This document shows, piece by piece, positions 61,411 through 64,000 of a stretch of 64,000 nucleotides of DNA. Source of the stretch: an uncultured delta proteobacterium (lineage in GTDB: Bacteria > Desulfobacterota > Desulfobacteria > Desulfobacterales > JAFDCJ01); NCBI GenBank assembly GCA_963769935.1, contig CAVYNY010000007.1, positions 1-64,000 of the forward strand, written 5' to 3'. Numbering within the stretch: position 1 is the stretch's first letter; each line of letters starts with the position of its first letter. The position numbers and the translations under genes were made by a program. The notes beneath the pieces are model-generated. The model saw only the letters and a list, made by a program, of their open reading frames with translations, was not told where the DNA came from and searched no databases.

Positions 61411-62211
61411 ATGTCCATCATAACGCTTCTGACCGATTTCGGCACCGAGGATGAGTATGTGGGGCTGATGAAAGGGGTTATCCTAACCATCAATCCGCAG
61501 GCTACCATCGTCGATATCACCCACCGGATCGGCAGCCAGGATGTGGCCCAAGCTGCTTTCACCATCGACGCTTCCTACCGATATTTTCCGGCGGGGAGCG
61601 TACATTTGGTCGTCGTTGATCCCGGCGTCGGTACCGGGCGGGGCCTGCTGGTCCTTAAAATGAGAAATCATTTTTTTATCGCACCCGACAATGGGATACT
61701 CACACTTTTATTGGCCGATGGCGGTTTAACTGCGCTCATTCGCCTCACCAATGCCGACTTTTTTTTACACCCGGTGAGCCGGACTTTCCACGGCCGGGAT
61801 ATCATGGCGCCGGTGGCCGCTCATCTATCCAATGGCGTGGAATTAAGCAAACTGGGCCCGGGAATGGATCCGCACGAAGCCGTTCGCCTGGCCGACCTTC
61901 AGGCGCGTCTGCTGCAGAACGGGCAGATCATCGGCAAAATTGTTGCGATCGACCATTTCGGCAATCTTATTTCAAATGTTGAGACACGGCAGCTGGCCGG
62001 ATATGGTCAAACCGGACCGTTAACCAGGCTGACGATTAAAATCGGATCACACGTCATCCATGGGCTGTCTGAGACATACGGGGACGTTCAATCCGACACC
62101 CCCCTGGCGCTCATCGGGAGTCGCGGGTATCTGGAGATCGCAGTAAACTGCGGCAATGCCGCCCGGATGTTAAAAGCCCGCCGGGGCGATACCGTGCGGG
62201 TAGCCATTTGA
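61411..62211 (+). CDS. SAM hydroxide adenosyltransferase / chlorinase-fluorinase family (DUF62)
   Basis: ITLLTDFG, VVDPGVG, APDNG, TFHGRDI, IDHFGN and LEIAVN. Confidence 0.9.
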   Translation: MSIITLLTDFGTEDEYVGLMKGVILTINPQATIVDITHRIGSQDVAQAAFTIDASYRYFPAGSVHLVVVDPGVGTGRGLLVLKMRNHFFIAPDNGILTLLLADGGLTALIRLTNADFFLHPVSRTFHGRDIMAPVAAHLSNGVELSKLGPGMDPHEAVRLADLQARLLQNGQIIGKIVAIDHFGNLISNVETRQLAGYGQTGPLTRLTIKIGSHVIHGLSETYGDVQSDTPLALIGSRGYLEIAVNCGNAARMLKARRGDTVRVAI

Positions 62212-62312
62212 CAAGTCGCAGACAACGTGGTTGAATAAGTTTTAATAATCCACGGAAGAACCGGAATCAAAATATTTTTATAAGAAATTAAAATCAAGAC
62301 TATAGTACAGCA

Positions 62313-63320
62313 ATGGACAATTTCAGCGAAGCCTCGAAAAAGTCGGATCGTTTTTCGAATCCGGCCAAGCGTCCCAAACCTGCCGGGCGCTGGACCCTAT
62401 TATTTATCGGCAATCACGGTCGAACCATAACCCTTAAGCGTTTCAAAGGGATGGTATTGCTGACCCTGCTTGTATTGTGCATATCCATTGCCATTACCGT
62501 CGGTCTCCTGTTCTTGAGCCTGAACATCCGTCAGGATAAAGCTCAGCTTGAATCTCAGATGAACGATTTAAAGTCCCAAATTAAGACGCTGCGATATGAA
62601 AAAGACGTTCTCATGACCCGCTTGGTCCTGGCCGAGTCGCATTCGAAAGAAAACGCGGGCAAAATTCAGGAAAAGCAGGAAGCATCCGATCCCGCGGCGG
62701 AGGCCGGAAATGACAGCGCAAAACCGGAGCAACCCACAGCGGTGACAGCTTCCCCGAAAGCAGCGCCGGTCCCGGAGCAAAATGAATCGGACGAGGCTGC
62801 CGGCCAAGCCGATACGCAATTGAGTGTGGCGTTGGAAGATTTTCAGTTGTCCCCGAAACCTGACGAAAATTTACTGCGCTTCCAGTTTAAAATAAAAAAC
62901 ACCAGCGCCAATTCTCAGCGTGTTTCAGGCCACACGGTTGTGGTGTTGAAAGGGGATCAAATATCGCAGGCAAAATGGATGGCCATTCCGGCAATGCCGC
63001 TGGTCGATGGAAAACCTACCGGCAGACACAAAGGGCATACTTTCGGCATTAATTATTTCAAAACCTTAAGATTCTCGTCGAATTATCCGAAATACCCGGA
63101 TGAATATCAGGTTGCCACGGTCTATGTGTTCAGCCGCCGGGGAGAGCTGTTACTCGCAGAGGATTTTCCCGTTAAACTACCCCCCGCTTTCCATGAAGTC
63201 CCGGCGGAGTCTCCCGCTTCGGGCGAGACGTCGCCTTCGGCACCACCGGCAGCGTCCTCTGATGCGCCCCCTCCGGCCGCTGAAACGATAAATACACAGC
63301 CAAATACGACCACCCCGTAA
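62313..63320 (+). CDS. Hypothetical single-pass membrane protein with coiled coil
   Basis: TM helix, coiled coil, low-complexity linker and beta-rich C-terminal domain. Confidence 0.75.
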   Translation: MDNFSEASKKSDRFSNPAKRPKPAGRWTLLFIGNHGRTITLKRFKGMVLLTLLVLCISIAITVGLLFLSLNIRQDKAQLESQMNDLKSQIKTLRYEKDVLMTRLVLAESHSKENAGKIQEKQEASDPAAEAGNDSAKPEQPTAVTASPKAAPVPEQNESDEAAGQADTQLSVALEDFQLSPKPDENLLRFQFKIKNTSANSQRVSGHTVVVLKGDQISQAKWMAIPAMPLVDGKPTGRHKGHTFGINYFKTLRFSSNYPKYPDEYQVATVYVFSRRGELLLAEDFPVKLPPAFHEVPAESPASGETSPSAPPAASSDAPPPAAETINTQPNTTTP

Positions 63321-63400
63321 AGTGAATTCTTAGCATTATACTAAAAAGCTTTCTTACCCTTTTATTATATGTATCTGATATGAAATAAAAAAAGAAACAA

Positions 63401-63511
63401 TGCGCAGCCTAAAATAATTAATCCGCCAGGGCTTCGATTTAACTACTTACTTCAGTTTTCGAAGAGCAATTTACGAACCTGAATCTGCTATTTTTCAGGG
63501 CGGATTAATTA
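63401..63511 (-). repeat. 97-bp terminal-inverted-repeat element plus tail, copy 3 (reverse orientation)
   Basis: TGCGCAGCCTAAAA-TAATTAATCCGCC (63415-63427)-N71-GGCGGATTAATTA (63499-63511). Confidence 0.85.
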
Positions 63512-64000
63512 ATTTGTTTTTTTGTTGCGGGACTCAAGCAAGGGGATGAAGGTTTTCAAATCAAAACTGATATCCCGGAAATTGTGAAATGTGATATCTG
63601 TAAAGGGTAGATTCAATTTCGATCGCAGGATTTCAAACACTTCAAAGTAGTTCAATACGATTCGCCGCTCCCATTGCATGCCGATTTTTATGGCGACTTC
63701 TTTGATTTCCTGTTTGTCGCCTTCGATTTCCAGAAAACTACCGAACGGCATTTCATCGATACAGCAGACGGTGCCTTTTAAAGTGTATGAATCGCGCCAC
63801 TTCTCGTATATCTGTTCTTGGTGGTAGCCCAGCGATTCCAGAATTTGACCCATTATTGCAAAATCACTTACTTCGACTTCCAGCTCATTGAAAATTTTAT
63901 AGTTAACATCGTTGACAACAGGCTCACATTTGTAAGTCAGCGTTGTTTTTGTGTCTTGGCGTAGTCTCAAAAGGGACTTTTTTTCGATCAAACTATTTGT
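63509..64000 (-). CDS. CYTH-domain protein (class IV adenylate cyclase/triphosphate tunnel family), 5' end outside window
   Basis: LLRLR...LTYK...ELEVEV...YEKWR...IDEMPFGSFLEIEG. Confidence 0.88.
   Translation of the reverse strand, partial: TNSLIEKKSLLRLRQDTKTTLTYKCEPVVNDVNYKIFNELEVEVSDFAIMGQILESLGYHQEQIYEKWRDSYTLKGTVCCIDEMPFGSFLEIEGDKQEIKEVAIKIGMQWERRIVLNYFEVFEILRSKLNLPFTDITFHNFRDISFDLKTFIPLLESRNKKTN

Noticed and set aside
61411..62211. Possible halogenase (fluorinase/chlorinase) activity
   Set aside because: The TFHGRD motif and housekeeping context fit the widespread SAM hydroxide adenosyltransferase branch. No biosynthetic cluster is nearby.

Overview
Mostly core chromosome of a deltaproteobacterial-type bacterium, most likely Desulfobacterales; the taxon is inferred from gene order and protein style. 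Positions 1-6.6 kb are an AT-richer accessory tract ending at the 3' end of tRNA-Arg(CCG). It holds a TRAP dctP start, an IclR regulator, an IHF pseudogene, a flavin reductase, a 4Fe-4S protein, a Lys-rich protein, and LRAT, EcsC and DUF4186 genes. The rest is housekeeping: folC, rpsU, adk, a tRNA nucleotidyltransferase, rho-rpmE-prfA-prmC, rpsB-tsf-pyrH-frr-uppS-cdsA-dxr-rseP, purL-purQ, a FimT/PilV/PilW/PilX/PilY1 operon, LysM, groESL, an unannotated bS22-like gene, hflKC, dciA, two tRNA-Ser, dnaX-ybaB-recR, murI, a hybrid kinase, sdhCAB/frdCAB, tolQRAB-pal-cpoB and ruvCAB. Indels clustered at 10.6-18.5 kb, four of them in essential rpsB, look like assembly errors. The least explained signal is non-coding. 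At least three families of small gene-less elements sit at gene boundaries of conserved operons: (i) hairpin elements whose arms are inverted arrays of 7-9-mers, (ii) a fixed-length 97-bp element with 12-13-bp terminal inverted repeats that contain the upstream stop codon, and (iii) a nested 300-400-bp element. No CRISPR array, integrase or transposase gene is visible.
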